A stretch of 64,000 bases of DNA from Geosiphon pyriformis uo1 (taxonomy: Eukaryota > Fungi > Glomeromycota). The DNA lies in assembly GCA_016748015.1 (NCBI GenBank), contig JAAOMT010000303.1, forward strand, positions 62,001-126,000. The letters run 5' to 3'. A program made the position numbers and the translations under genes. Below are positions 49,498 through 61,596 of this stretch, piece by piece. The notes beneath the pieces were generated by a model that ran no database searches, was not told where the DNA came from, and was given only the letters and a program-made list of their open reading frames with translations. How positions within the stretch are numbered: the first letter of the stretch is position 1; the number at the start of each line of letters is the position of its first letter.

Positions 49498-52400
49498 CCA
49501 AGTTAGACTTTGACAAACTTTTAGTAAATAAAAAGATATTCAAATAACAATAAGATTTTCTCTTTTTGGTAATATAAATAGGTAAACTGCTAATTAATAA
49601 AGAAAGACATTCAACTCTGCAATTAATGAAAATAGTCACTGTTTTATTATTATTAATAGAAATGTTATTGATCTAAAAAAATTTACTAGCAATATTGAAA
49701 ATATGTTGAATAGCAGTTTGGCTACTACCAATTCAGATTGTATTATTAACAAAAACATCAACAGTAAGAAAAAATGTCAACTCAGTTTAAGATTTTGAAC
49801 AACCAGTTCTGATAACAAAAAAAGAATTCAATCTATACTTATACATAATATATTTTTTAATATTAAAAATAATATTTGGATTCTTTTTAAATTCAAAAGT
49901 AATATTTAAATTAAAATTAAGCTTTGATTTTAATTTTTTAATTTTATAAATTAGTTTGTAAATCTTAAAAATTAAATAAATAATATATAATAATAAATTA
50001 TAAATAAGATTATACTTATTTTAATATTAAGATTAATATAAAATTAAACAATATTTATAAAATTTGGTATTTAAGTTAACAAATTTTTGCTCTTGTTTTT
50101 TTTTAATAACAATTAATACTTAATAATATTTATAAAAACTTTTAAATTATTAATAAAAAATAAGTTTTTTTTGATTTGTTGGCAAATATATAGTCTAAGA
50201 CAAAAAAAATAAAAATTATTATTTTAATTATAATTTAATAAAGATCTATTTAAATAATATAAATTTTTAAATATATATAATTTATTATTAATAAATAAGT
50301 TTATTTAAAACAGTTTTAATAAAAAACAAATAAGTTTATTTTTAACTATTTTTTAAAAATAAAAAAAATAATTAGAAAATATATTATAAGTATTTTTTCA
50401 AATTTTTATATAATAATTAATAAAAAATAAAATTTTTTAAAAAAAAGTTATAAGTAAAAAAATTATCATATTATTTTTATTAATTGTATAATTAATAATT
50501 ATTAAACTTTAATAAAAATTTAATTGTATACTATTAAGAAGCTAACAAATAAGTTTATTTGATAATATTTAATAAAATTATTATTAAAATAATTTTAAAT
50601 TTTTTTTTAAAAAATTCTATTTATATTTCCATTTTTTTGTTTTAGATTATATATTTAATTATATAAATTTATTTAAATATAATATTATAATAATATCTAT
50701 TTAAATTTTATTTTTATTATATAAATAAATTTTCAAATAAAAAAAACATAATTATAAATAATAGTAATAAGAGTTCTTTTATAGATTTAATTATTGAAAA
50801 AAATTATGTACTAATATGATTTATAATATATTTTTTATTTATTAAAAATATTTTTTTATATTTTTTTGTTTGGCAATGTTTTTTTACAAGTTAAACAAAA
50901 TTTATTATTTTATTTCTCTTATTATTTATATTGGTTAAACTGTTTTAAGATATATAATTAACAATAAAACTTAATAACAATTTAATATTTTTTATTATTA
51001 TTATAATATGTTTTTATTAATAATTTTTTTTACAATTAATATAAATAAGTTTTAAATATTAATATTATGAATTTTTTGAAGTACTATATTAATAAGTGCT
51101 AATTAATATATTTTTTTAGTTAAGTAAAGCATATGTAAAGATACTAACTTGGAGTTTTTTTGCTTTTTTTTTAAAAGTAACATTAATAATAAGTTAATAT
51201 TATAATTATTAATTCAAAAAACTTAATAAATTTTTAAAATAAGTTTTTTTTTATTTTAGTTTACTTAATAATTTTTTGTTAATAATAATCTAAAATAATT
51301 ACAATTAACTAATATAAATATGTAATATTTTTGGTAATCTAATTAGAGTTCTTAAGTATTCTAGTTAAGTATAATATTAATCTTAAATAATTAATTATTA
51401 TTAATAAAAACTTAATACTATATAGCTTTTATAATAAGAACTTTAATAAATACAATAATATTATTAACTTAAAAAAAAGTTGTTAATTTTAGCAATTAAA
51501 GTTTTTTTGGCTTTATTAATAATAATAATACAAATATTAACAACATAATTAACTTAACAATTTAATTGGTTTATGAATTGTTTTATAATATTATTATTTG
51601 TTAAACTGCTATTAAAAATAAGTTTAATAAGATAATTATTAATTTTAATATTAATATATATAGTTATAATAAGTTTATTAGAGTTTATAATTAACTAGTA
51701 ATATTAAAAATAAGCTAATAAATAATTATTATTAATTGTCAATATTATTAGATAGTTTTTGGTTTTAATTAATAAATTTAAACCAAAAATTATAGTTAAA
51801 ATTGTTATTGTAATATTAAGTCTTATAATTATAGTTAATATTAAAAAATAATATTAAAATAATTAATATTATTTTGTTCAACTCTAGTTTTATAATTTAA
51901 AAATTAAAATTAATAATCAAAGTTTTAATATTGATTTTTTAATTATTAATTAAATAATTATGATCTATAGTTAATTTTAATATAGTTTTATTTATAATAA
52001 TAATTACTAATTATTAATATAATAATAAGAATAATTATAACTAAATTAAAACATAATAGTTATTTGTTTTAATTTTTAATTATTATTATTATTAAATTAT
52101 TTTAACTTGACATTTAGTTTAAATAATTTATTTATTATTAAATTTACAGTTTAGACATAATTAACTTTAAATTTGGCTGATTTAAAATCTTAAATTAATA
52201 TATTTATTGTTTAAAAATTTATTAAACATAATAGATATACTTGTTAAAAAATACTGTTATATAATTTTTTAATAAATTGATTTAAAATTTAAAATATGAT
52301 ATTATATTTTTGTTTAATAATATTAAAATATTTTTATAATTAAATAATATTGTTGTAATTATTAAAATATTGTAGAAATATTATTTAAAGACATTAAACA

Positions 52401-52716
52401 TATTAGATTTAACAACAAAACTTTAATATTATAAATCTATTATATTTTAAAAAATATATAAAATTGTTTATAAAACTTTAGTATTATTTTAATTATTATT
52501 AATAATTGTTTTTTTTATATTATTAAATCAGACTTAAGTATTGTTTTTTTATTTAGTAAATTTTTTTAATTTGATAATTAATTTTTATTTATTTATTTAT
52601 TTAACGAGTAAGGTCCAAACACTACCTATAACAATACATCATACTAGTGATCTAAACTAGGCGTGAATCATGCTTTTTCTACACGTGACCAGCCACTCAG
52701 ACTAGTCAGGACAACA

Positions 52717-55700
52717 CTAGGCACCTATATGCACTGAAACCAATTTACCTATACCTGAAAAGAACAAACTAGATTTACGAAACCCAAAACTAACACCAAG
52801 TGCATCAGCAATACCCAACAATCTAACCACACCGGATGAGAGCACCGAAGGAAGACCAGAAACCGAGATAGGAATAGAGCCGTCACATGGGACCAAGCCA
52901 CCTTTCTCCATAACAGCTCTGTGTTTCGCACGCACCAGCCAAATATCATCACGGAATGCAAGACAGAACTCGCGAACAAATGCCACAATATTTTGAGCCG
53001 CTGTTTTAGAGTCCTTGAAAACAGAAAGAGATTCACAATACCACTCATTAAAAACAAAGTCCTTACATATAGCCATACTAACAACAGCATCGAAAGTACA
53101 AGCAGAAAGCAACTGTGAAACACATGAAGTCGAATAAGATAAATCTGAGTGTATTTCCCAAACAGATGCATGAGTGTTCATCAACCTAGCACAATCACCA
53201 GCATCGAATGGGCACAAAAACACATGATCTGAAATTTCAACATCGCCGCAGAACAAACACATCACACTGGAATACTCCTTATCATAAAGTCGCTTTCACA
53301 CAGCAACAGAAAGATGATGATGCAACGCCTTTATAAAATATGTCCAAGATCCAGCAATACAAGCACTAGTGAAACCAGTGGCCAAATGAGAGTCTGGATG
53401 CCACACCGAACATGATCTGAACCAATCAACATCAGTACATAGGCTGTCTACCAATATCTGAGAACCAGAACTGACCTCCCAATGTGCACGGTGAATAGAG
53501 TGGAAAACACCACAAACAAAATGCCTAGAATTACCAGAAACCACAGTACTGCCAGCCTTGAAAAAATGTTCATTGATCCCGTGAGGAAGATGCACACCAA
53601 AAGACACAGCAGCCCTAGCCAAAGTGTCAGCATGCTTATTGCCCAAGACTCCAGAGTGACCTCTAACTTTAATCCAATTAACATCCAAATTTTTGCAATG
53701 AATGACATTAGAAATATGGCAGCATTCGACCCAACACCGATTCCTGAAATCTAGATGCTCCAACATTAACTCTGACTTGCATGCATCCAAAGCAGCCTGG
53801 CTGTCCGAAAACAGATCAACCGAACAAGAAGAAGGGACACACTCGAGAGCCAAAGCAATGGCTTGCAGCTCCGTCATGGTAGAAAAAACCAAACCAGAAA
53901 CTTCCACACCCAAACCCAAATCAATGTCCTCAAAAAAAACAGCTGCATCAGCCTTCATATCAAGAGTACCCAGCCCACACAGAGAACCATCCGTAAACAG
54001 AGAAAGGTGATCGGAATCAACCTCCAACAAGCAATTGCAAACAACATCAAACTTGCAAGACTCAAGTATGTCAGACGAGTCAACATTCAGTGGCAAAAGA
54101 GAACAAACGGGAGATGACCCAGAACCAGACAAAAAGCAAACAGCAGCATTGAACCAATCAGGAATTGGGCCCCAAAGGTCCAGTCTCTTCCACTGCTTGA
54201 AAGTCCTCCATTCAAAAACAGAACCAGTTCAATTGCGAAGCTGCTCAACAAAGGCAATTTCATATTGCTAAAGCGAAGAGACACATTTATAAAAAGTAAA
54301 CTTACCAAGAACAATAGACATTGGGATCCCCTTTTGAAAATGAAAAACATTGGTCACGAGACCACCTAGAGAAAGATTACAACCCAAAAAAATCCAGACG
54401 ACACCAGCCAAAAAATTATTCAAAGGACTGACATTAATATGAGAAGGGAAAAGCAGGAGGTGACAAGAGCACCAGCTGAGAACCTGTAAATCATGAGACT
54501 TATGCGCGAACAGGCAGCCTAAAATACCCACTGAATTGGCAAAACAAACAACAGCAGCTAACTTGCTCTCAGCCTGGACTTGTTCAAAAGATTTCAACCT
54601 GTACAGAGAAGGATGATGAATAGCATCATTGGGAAAGTTGAGCGGCAGGCCAGATTTGGACTTCAAACCTTTACGAATTATAGCATCCCATTTCGCACAC
54701 ACACTAATAGGAACAAAACTAAACTGAGTCCTGTAGGCAATTATGGAGTGAAGAACCACTGACACCAAATACAAAAACTGCTTATCAGAGATAGCCTTTC
54801 TCAGAACAAGGTTGGTGAAAAACCAGACATCCAAGCATGTCTTAGCCAAGCTAGGTTTTGACAAACCTTCAGTAGACAGAAAAATACCCAGGTACTAATG
54901 AGGCTCTCCCCTTTTGGCTATCAAAATAGGCAAACCACTGATCAACAAATGAAGGCTGAAAACTCTGTAATTAATGGGAATGGCCACCATTTTGTCATTA
55001 TTGATCAAAATGTCATTGACTCGAAAAAACTCACTAGCAACATTGAAAATATGTTGGGTGGCAGCCTGGCTGCTACCAATTCAAATTGTATCGTCGATGA
55101 AAGCACTAGCAGTGAGGAAAAAAGTCAAACCAGTTCAAGATTCAGTGCAACCAGTGTTGGCAACAAAATGAGAGTCTAACCTGTATCCACATACACTTTC
55201 TTGTCTCTTGACTTCACACAAAAAGGGATCATAAAATATGCACCAGAGAAGAGGAGAAAACACCTCCCCTTGATTCAAACCATCATGTATCTGATATCCA
55301 TCAGTCAACCCAAAATCCGTCATAACTCTGTTGACCCGATCATTGTGGATGCTACCAAAAAACCAAATGAATTTGTTACACATTTTTATTCTGACCAAGC
55401 TCTTCCTCAGATGCTTCCAGCCAACAGAATTATAAGCCTTTCGCATGTTCTACAAGACCAGCCACAGCTCTCAGTTCTTCTCCAAAGCATCCTCAATGAC
55501 CGATCCAATAGCAAAAATAGGAGACTGCATGGTCATGCCTTTTAAAACAGAAAAATTATCCTCCTTCAGAACGTCAAAAACACTACAAGCTGATGTTACG
55601 GGCTGGTTTTCTTGTTATATTTAATTGCTGATATCCCGTTTTAATTGCAATCAGTCTTTCGTGAGTTCCTCAATTCTATTTGTGTGATAATGTCACTGTT

Positions 55701-58284
55701 ACACTGAAGGCTTTTTTTTTACTGTTGTGATGTAAGTTATTCTTTAATTTTTGATTGTTGTGTGTGTTTATGTACTCCTTCTCAGAGGCTGAACTGAAAT
55801 CTACCCACTGTTTGGGGTCTTCTCTGAGGTTATCCTTGCAATTGCCTGATGTGTTTCTCTAATCTAGAAACACAAAATGTTAATGGTCTTTAATGCTTTT
55901 CTAATTCTTACAATAAAGCTTTTATCAATTAGTAACAACGTGAATAATCTTGATCAAAGATTATTCTTCCAAGAGATTCAGTTGATGAATGATAGTTTCA
56001 TTCAATAAATAATACAAGTAAGTTTCTTAATACTTTGGGTTGTAATAGTTCAGTTTTAAATATTCTTTTTCATTTCTTTTTGATTTTAAAGGTTTTTTGG
56101 GATATTTAATTTGAAAGTATGATTTAAAGTAGAGTTTGTTGGATAAAATTGGATCTATTGCTTAATAAGTTATGATTTTTATTATTTGATTGATTATTTC
56201 CCAATATTAAAACTACTATATATATACATGTTTGTAGTTCTACAAGAAAACACATTGTAATACTTTCTTTTTGATATTTCAACCTGGTGTTTGCTGCTAT
56301 TACCAGTTGGTGTTGGCTGCTATTGTGAACTGGTGCTTGCCACTATCGCGAGATGGTGTTTGCTACTATGTTAATTATTACCTTTCTAAGATTATTACTG
56401 TGCTATATTATGATTGAATAGTTTGTATTATTTTTATGATTCTTTTTGCTAAATTCTTAAACTGTAACACCAAAGAAATTCTGTCTGAAAGCACTTTAGA
56501 AAGAATTTTGCGAGACGTCTCAACCAAAGCAATAGGATAGGTATTTGTGAGAATGCCCTCCCACTCATATGGTTTGGGGATCATCAACACCCAAGCCTCC
56601 TTCCAAGGCCCAGAAACAGATTCCCGCTCCAAGCAAACATTCAAAAACACTAAAAGCATATCCAAAACCAATTTGTCGCAATGTTTCCACAACTCATTTG
56701 AGATACCAGAGAGACCAGCTGCTTTCCCATCAGGCAGGTTCGAAACAACACTAGACATCTCATCAAAATCAATTAGGCTTATTACACCAGAAAAAGCGTC
56801 ATCAAAAACATACTCTAAAGACTGATATTGGCAATCTCAGACACCAGTAACATCAGAAACTACATTGCGCTTTCTAGTTCATCCCTCCATGACTGCATCT
56901 ACTTTGGCCTTAACCAGAGCAGGCTCCAAAACCAACTCATCATCAACAACCAGATGATTCAAAATTACTTTGCAAAAAGAATGTTCCAATACACTCCTAA
57001 TAGTATGATCTTTGTCCAATTCGAAACTTTCCATTCTCTTATCTATTGCTGACCTGATTTGAGATTCCCTAACTCGGTCTGCTTCCAACATTTTGGATGC
57101 GTGATAAGACTTTTTGACTTTAGACAAAACTGACCGAATAGCATTGAAGTGGGAACCTGATAAGAAGAGAGACTTCACTGCAGAAGCATTAACCAAATCC
57201 AAACCTTTCCACCTGCCGAGCAAGAATGTAAACTTCTCAGCAGAATCCATATGAAATGCTTTAACTAACTTAGACACAAAGAGCTCTAGCTTGTGAAATT
57301 TGGATGAATCCTTGCTAAAATTTTTATCATATTCTTTGAACCACTTTTTCTTGAAAACTGCCTCAGCAGACAGACACATTACTCTATGGAAAGCAACCCA
57401 CATCAAATCCAAGTCCGAACAGACCCTGGCTGCAAGAAAATCATCATGAAACATAGCAGCATTTGCCACTGTATCATCTTTAAATTTGGCCCATTTAACA
57501 TCATTCGCACCTTTGTAATCATACTTTCAGCGATCTCTATTTGCTTGTTTGCGAACAGAATTCAATTGAACATTGAGCAGACCACCCAACTCACTAACAC
57601 TGAGACAGTCTGATGATCAGTATCAAAGTATTCCCCAATGCCAAACACGTCGCAACTCACTATTGCATTGACCAGATTCGAAGAAACAAACATAAAATCA
57701 ATCATCTTAGTAATACCCCAAGAATTGGACCAAGTCGGCAATTTCCCATAGAAGCTCCCACCCAAGGCATTAACCAGACCCAAATCCAGACACTTTTTAA
57801 AACTTGCACACTTGTGAGAACTGTTTTTATTGAAATCGCCACCGAGAATGATGAAGAACGATTTATTAACAGCTTTTGCAATGAGAGAGTTGACTTTACC
57901 AGCCTGAGAAAACCAAACTGCTAAGAAAGCACCAGCATACAGACCCAGAATAAACACCGAAAGTTTATTTTTGAAAAGTAACTTAATGGACAAGAGCCGA
58001 CCAGGCATTTCTGACACTTTGTACACATGTCTCGCCAAAGAAGAATTCATGACAACTGCAACACCAGCACCCAGATATCTAGATTCCAAACCAAAGGTAA
58101 ACACCTACACACCATCATATTTGTTGACAATCCAGGGGCGAATTTTCCCTTTTAACTTTGATTCTGTAAAAATAGAAACTAAATTGTTCTTCTCCATATG
58201 CCAATGAATAACATCGTTCTGTTTCGCAAGATTGTTCATACCTTTGACATTGCAAGTAGCAATATTCCAAACCAGACTGTTCAT
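52717..58284 (-). pseudogene. LINE-F ORF2
   Basis: CNVKG, GGDFN, DTDH, MRKAYNSV, GLNQGEVFSPLLW, FIDD, FTDGS, KVRGHSG, CLFCGD..DHVFLC. Confidence 0.93.
55594..56469 (-). mobile_element. Solo LTR inserted in the LINE-F RT, 4-bp TSD
   Basis: TGTTAC...GTAACA termini; TATA region about 56215; flanks ctga/ccaa both derive from CCGA, and a 4-bp overlap restores the LINE frame DRISSACS. Confidence 0.9.
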
Positions 58285-60058
58285 TAAGAAAAAAAGGAAT
58301 TTGAACTTGTCCCAAAACTGTCCACTTTGGCTGAAAGTCCCAGAACTGTTTCCATCAGACACTTCATGCTGTCTTCCAACTTGGACACCAAAGATACATC
58401 GAAAGACACCACTCCCACAACAATCTCACCACTAGTGGCTGCACCTGAACTCTCACCCATCACTATATCCACCCCTTGATTCTGTGATGAAGGGGTCACC
58501 AACGGCTGACATCCAGGGCTTGGCTGGGAAACCATTGGCCCAAGTACATTCAGCCTCTTAGCCAGCTTACCCATCTGCTCTGCGAGGCTGGCGAGACTGT
58601 GCTCAAGAGCAGCAAACCTATTATTGACTTTCATTGAAACTGGCAGGGACGGCACCATCTCTGAAGAGGAACCAGATTTCACTGAAGCATTTCGTCCAGA
58701 GAGAAAAAGAAAAGAAGACCCACTAGCAACTTTTGCCCAAGAGAGACCACTGAAAGAGACTCGATAAACAACTGGAGCTGATCGCTTGGCATAGATGGCT
58801 GCCAATTTGCTTTTATCTGTGTCTGATAGGACTCTATGCGAAGACAAACCTGAAGAAATCCTCCCACCAATCGCTCAGTCCAATGATGTATGGCCTGATT
58901 TTCCACACTTGGCACACTTGGCCGAAACAAAACAAAACCAGTGTAGATTGGTGCCCCTCAACACTGGCGTGGTTCCCACGATGGCATCCAATAATTCAGC
59001 AGAATCAAAACAGATGACAGCACACCGAGCCCTAGCATACATAATTGGATGATGATCAATAACACATGTCTTCCCACCCACAGAACCAATAAAATCCCAG
59101 ATGTCATGAGCAGTCATTTCCATTAGCAAAGTATAGAGCAGCGCCCTATGCTGGTCCCTTGTGTCCCATGATTCTTTGTCCAAATTTGATCTAGCCACCC
59201 ACACAGCATCCTTCCCGATTAAGATTGACCACTTTGCCGCGACCAAATCAGCATGATCTGATTGCTCAAATTCTACCACAGCCCTACTAATTGCATCTTA
59301 ATCGACTTAATTATCCTAAACTCAGAGAGCGCAGCGTGCACAGCCTCAGCTGATGTTCCAACTGGAATTTCCTTTAACACCACAGCCCGATCTGAGTGAC
59401 CAGCTGATCTCTTAAAATCGGTGTTTACCAAGATATTCACACCAGTAGCTTTTTCATTGGCTTTCATAAGACCCGATTCGGAAGTGAATATTGCTCTGAT
59501 GATCTCTGAGAACTTTGAGGGAGTAGATGCCCCCCCAAAACCATTGATTCCTGAAAATAAACTCCTGATCTTTTTGAACTTTTCCTGGGCCAAATTTTCT
59601 TCTACCGCTTTCAGATCTAAATCCAAAGCAAATAACTTTCTAACAGAAACATTGACCAGGTTCTTAAGAGGAGGGGAAAACACCAGAAGGGCATCCAGAA
59701 GAACATCATCATTATTATTGTCATCCAGGAAGTCGATCTTTCCCAAAGATTTTTCCAATGCTTTCCTAGTTGTTACCCACAAACCTTTCGGCATTTAATC
59801 CAAATCTCCACCAACGTGTGCGCCACCTTCACCATAATCGAAACTTGTTTCCTCTACAAGACACTCCTCTTCCATATTAACACTATTAGATTCTGTGGTA
59901 TCACCAGTCTCCGAACTCCATGAACAACCACTTTGCACCTTAGCAGAACCCTTTTTAGCACCAGCATTGTCTTCAAAAACACCGCCTCTTCTCTTTTTTC
60001 TTGACAGAACAGCCTTGAAACCACCCTTAGAGCCAGAACTTTTAACCACCTGTTTCAT
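58284..60058 (-). pseudogene. LINE-F ORF1
   Basis: Four in-frame fragments; knuckle CAKCGKSGHTSLD*; RRM-like VVLKEIPVGTSAEAV. Confidence 0.9.
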
Positions 60059-61596
60059 GACAGCAATATTAGGGCCAACAACGGCCTCGTAATCAAGCAG
60101 AAATGGTTTGGATTTATCATACTAAATGGTAAAAAACTTTTTCCAAAAAACTTTTGACTCTTTTTTGGGATTTGTGGAGGAATGAGAGAAAGAAGTTTCT
60201 TTTTTTATAGATAATTAATATATATATTAAAAACAATATTAATAATAAAAAGATTTCTGTAATTAGTAATACTAATAATAAAATTGTTAATTTGTAATTA
60301 TTGGATTTTAAATTGTTTTTAGAGTTTAAATTGCCAAAGTTTAATTTGTAATAAGTTTTAAAATCTGATTTTTTTTAATTTTTGGTTTTTATTTTTTTTT
60401 AACTTGCTATTTTTCTAATTATTAATAAAACCAAAATTAAGTCTAAAAAATAATATTTATAATAATAAATACATAAATAATTATAACTAAGATTCTTCAT
60501 AAAATTTTTCATATTTTCTTAATAAATTATTTTTAAATTAGGTTTAAAAAATAAGTTTAAAATTTTTAAATTTTACAATAGATATTAATATAATTTTTAA
60601 TAATATTATCCAAAATATATTAATATAATAAATCTAAAAACAAAATAATTTTTGTTTTTTTTATGAAAATACAAATATTTTTTTAAATATTGCAGTTGAT
60701 ATTTGTATAATAAATTAAATTTGCTGTTTTTTATAATAAATTAAAATTTTTTTGAATAAATTTATATATTTTTAAGTAAATTTTTGTTAATGTTTTTGCA
60801 AAATTATGTGATTAATAACAATTAATGTATTTTTTAAGTTTTTTATAAAATTTTGCTTTTGTAAATTCTAAATTAATTGGTTTTCTTAAACTATATTTGA
60901 TTTTTTTATTAACATAAAAATTAAAAATTAATTACATTAAAAAATAATAAGTGGTTAATTGTAAATTTTTTTAAAAATATTTATATAATTTTGTAAACTT
61001 AAATAATTAATTCTTGTAAATTTTAATTTTGTTACTTTTATTAATTGGTTTTAATAGTATTTCTGTTTTTTATAAATTATATTTTACAAAAAATACCAAA
61101 TATTATAAATAATTGCTTTAGATATTATTTTAGAAATTAGTATTTTTAGTTTTAATTATAATTTAAAGATTTTAATTTATTTAAAGATTTTAGTTATAAA
61201 GTTTTTATATATTAAACAAAAATTTAATAATAATAGTAAATAATAGTTAATATTTTTAGTTTTTTAACTATTTTTTATACTATTTTTTGTGTTTTTTATT
61301 AAACAATTTTTAACATCATAATTTTAATATTTTTTCTTAATTAATTAATAAACAAAAAACAAAATCCAAAAGTAAGTAATTTTAACAAATAAAAAAAAAA
61401 CAGCAAAAAAAAACAAAAATTACTTTTTTTTAATATTTTAATCTTAGTCTAAATTAACTTTATCTTATATATATTATGAATCAATTCAATAAAAATTTAT
61501 TATTTAACTCATATATAAATAATCCCTATATTCTAAGTATTAAAATCAAATCAAATGTCTTTTTTATCTTTGTTTTCAACCAAATATTATTAATAT

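Larger units (their letters stand above)
36827..49844 (-). mobile_element. LINE-E: 5'-truncated decayed LINE (36827-39085 plus 49503-49844), interrupted by the Gypsy element
   Basis: RNase H YTDGS/AELQAI in ORF 37967-38359; 3' UTR at 36849-36963; TSD ATAATATAT at 36818-36826 and 49845-49853; frame LSKSNL-AKAHSDV rejoins across the Gypsy. Confidence 0.9.
52583..60199 (-). mobile_element. LINE-F: full-length LINE interrupted by a solo LTR
   Basis: 5' UTR resembles LINE-B; ORF1/ORF2 fragments; 3' UTR 52601-52716; (TAAA)n tail; degenerate about 20-bp TSD ending gataattaat (52561-52582, 60200-60219). Confidence 0.94.
24284..61400 (-). mobile_element. Ancient dUTPase-Gypsy scaffold in five pieces: 5' LTR/PBS/gag 60200-61400; gag-protease-Cys region 49845-52582; dUTPase-RT-RNase H 34890-36826; RNase H end/integrase Zn finger 31695-32303; integrase C-half 24284-24785
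   Basis: Reverse complements of the AT-rich spacers align colinearly and in order to the element at 39086-49497 (decayed PBS at 61082-61100; protease 51632-51661 vs 42350-42379; dUTPase about 36400-36750; integrase 24500-24780 vs 47225-47550). Confidence 0.85.
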
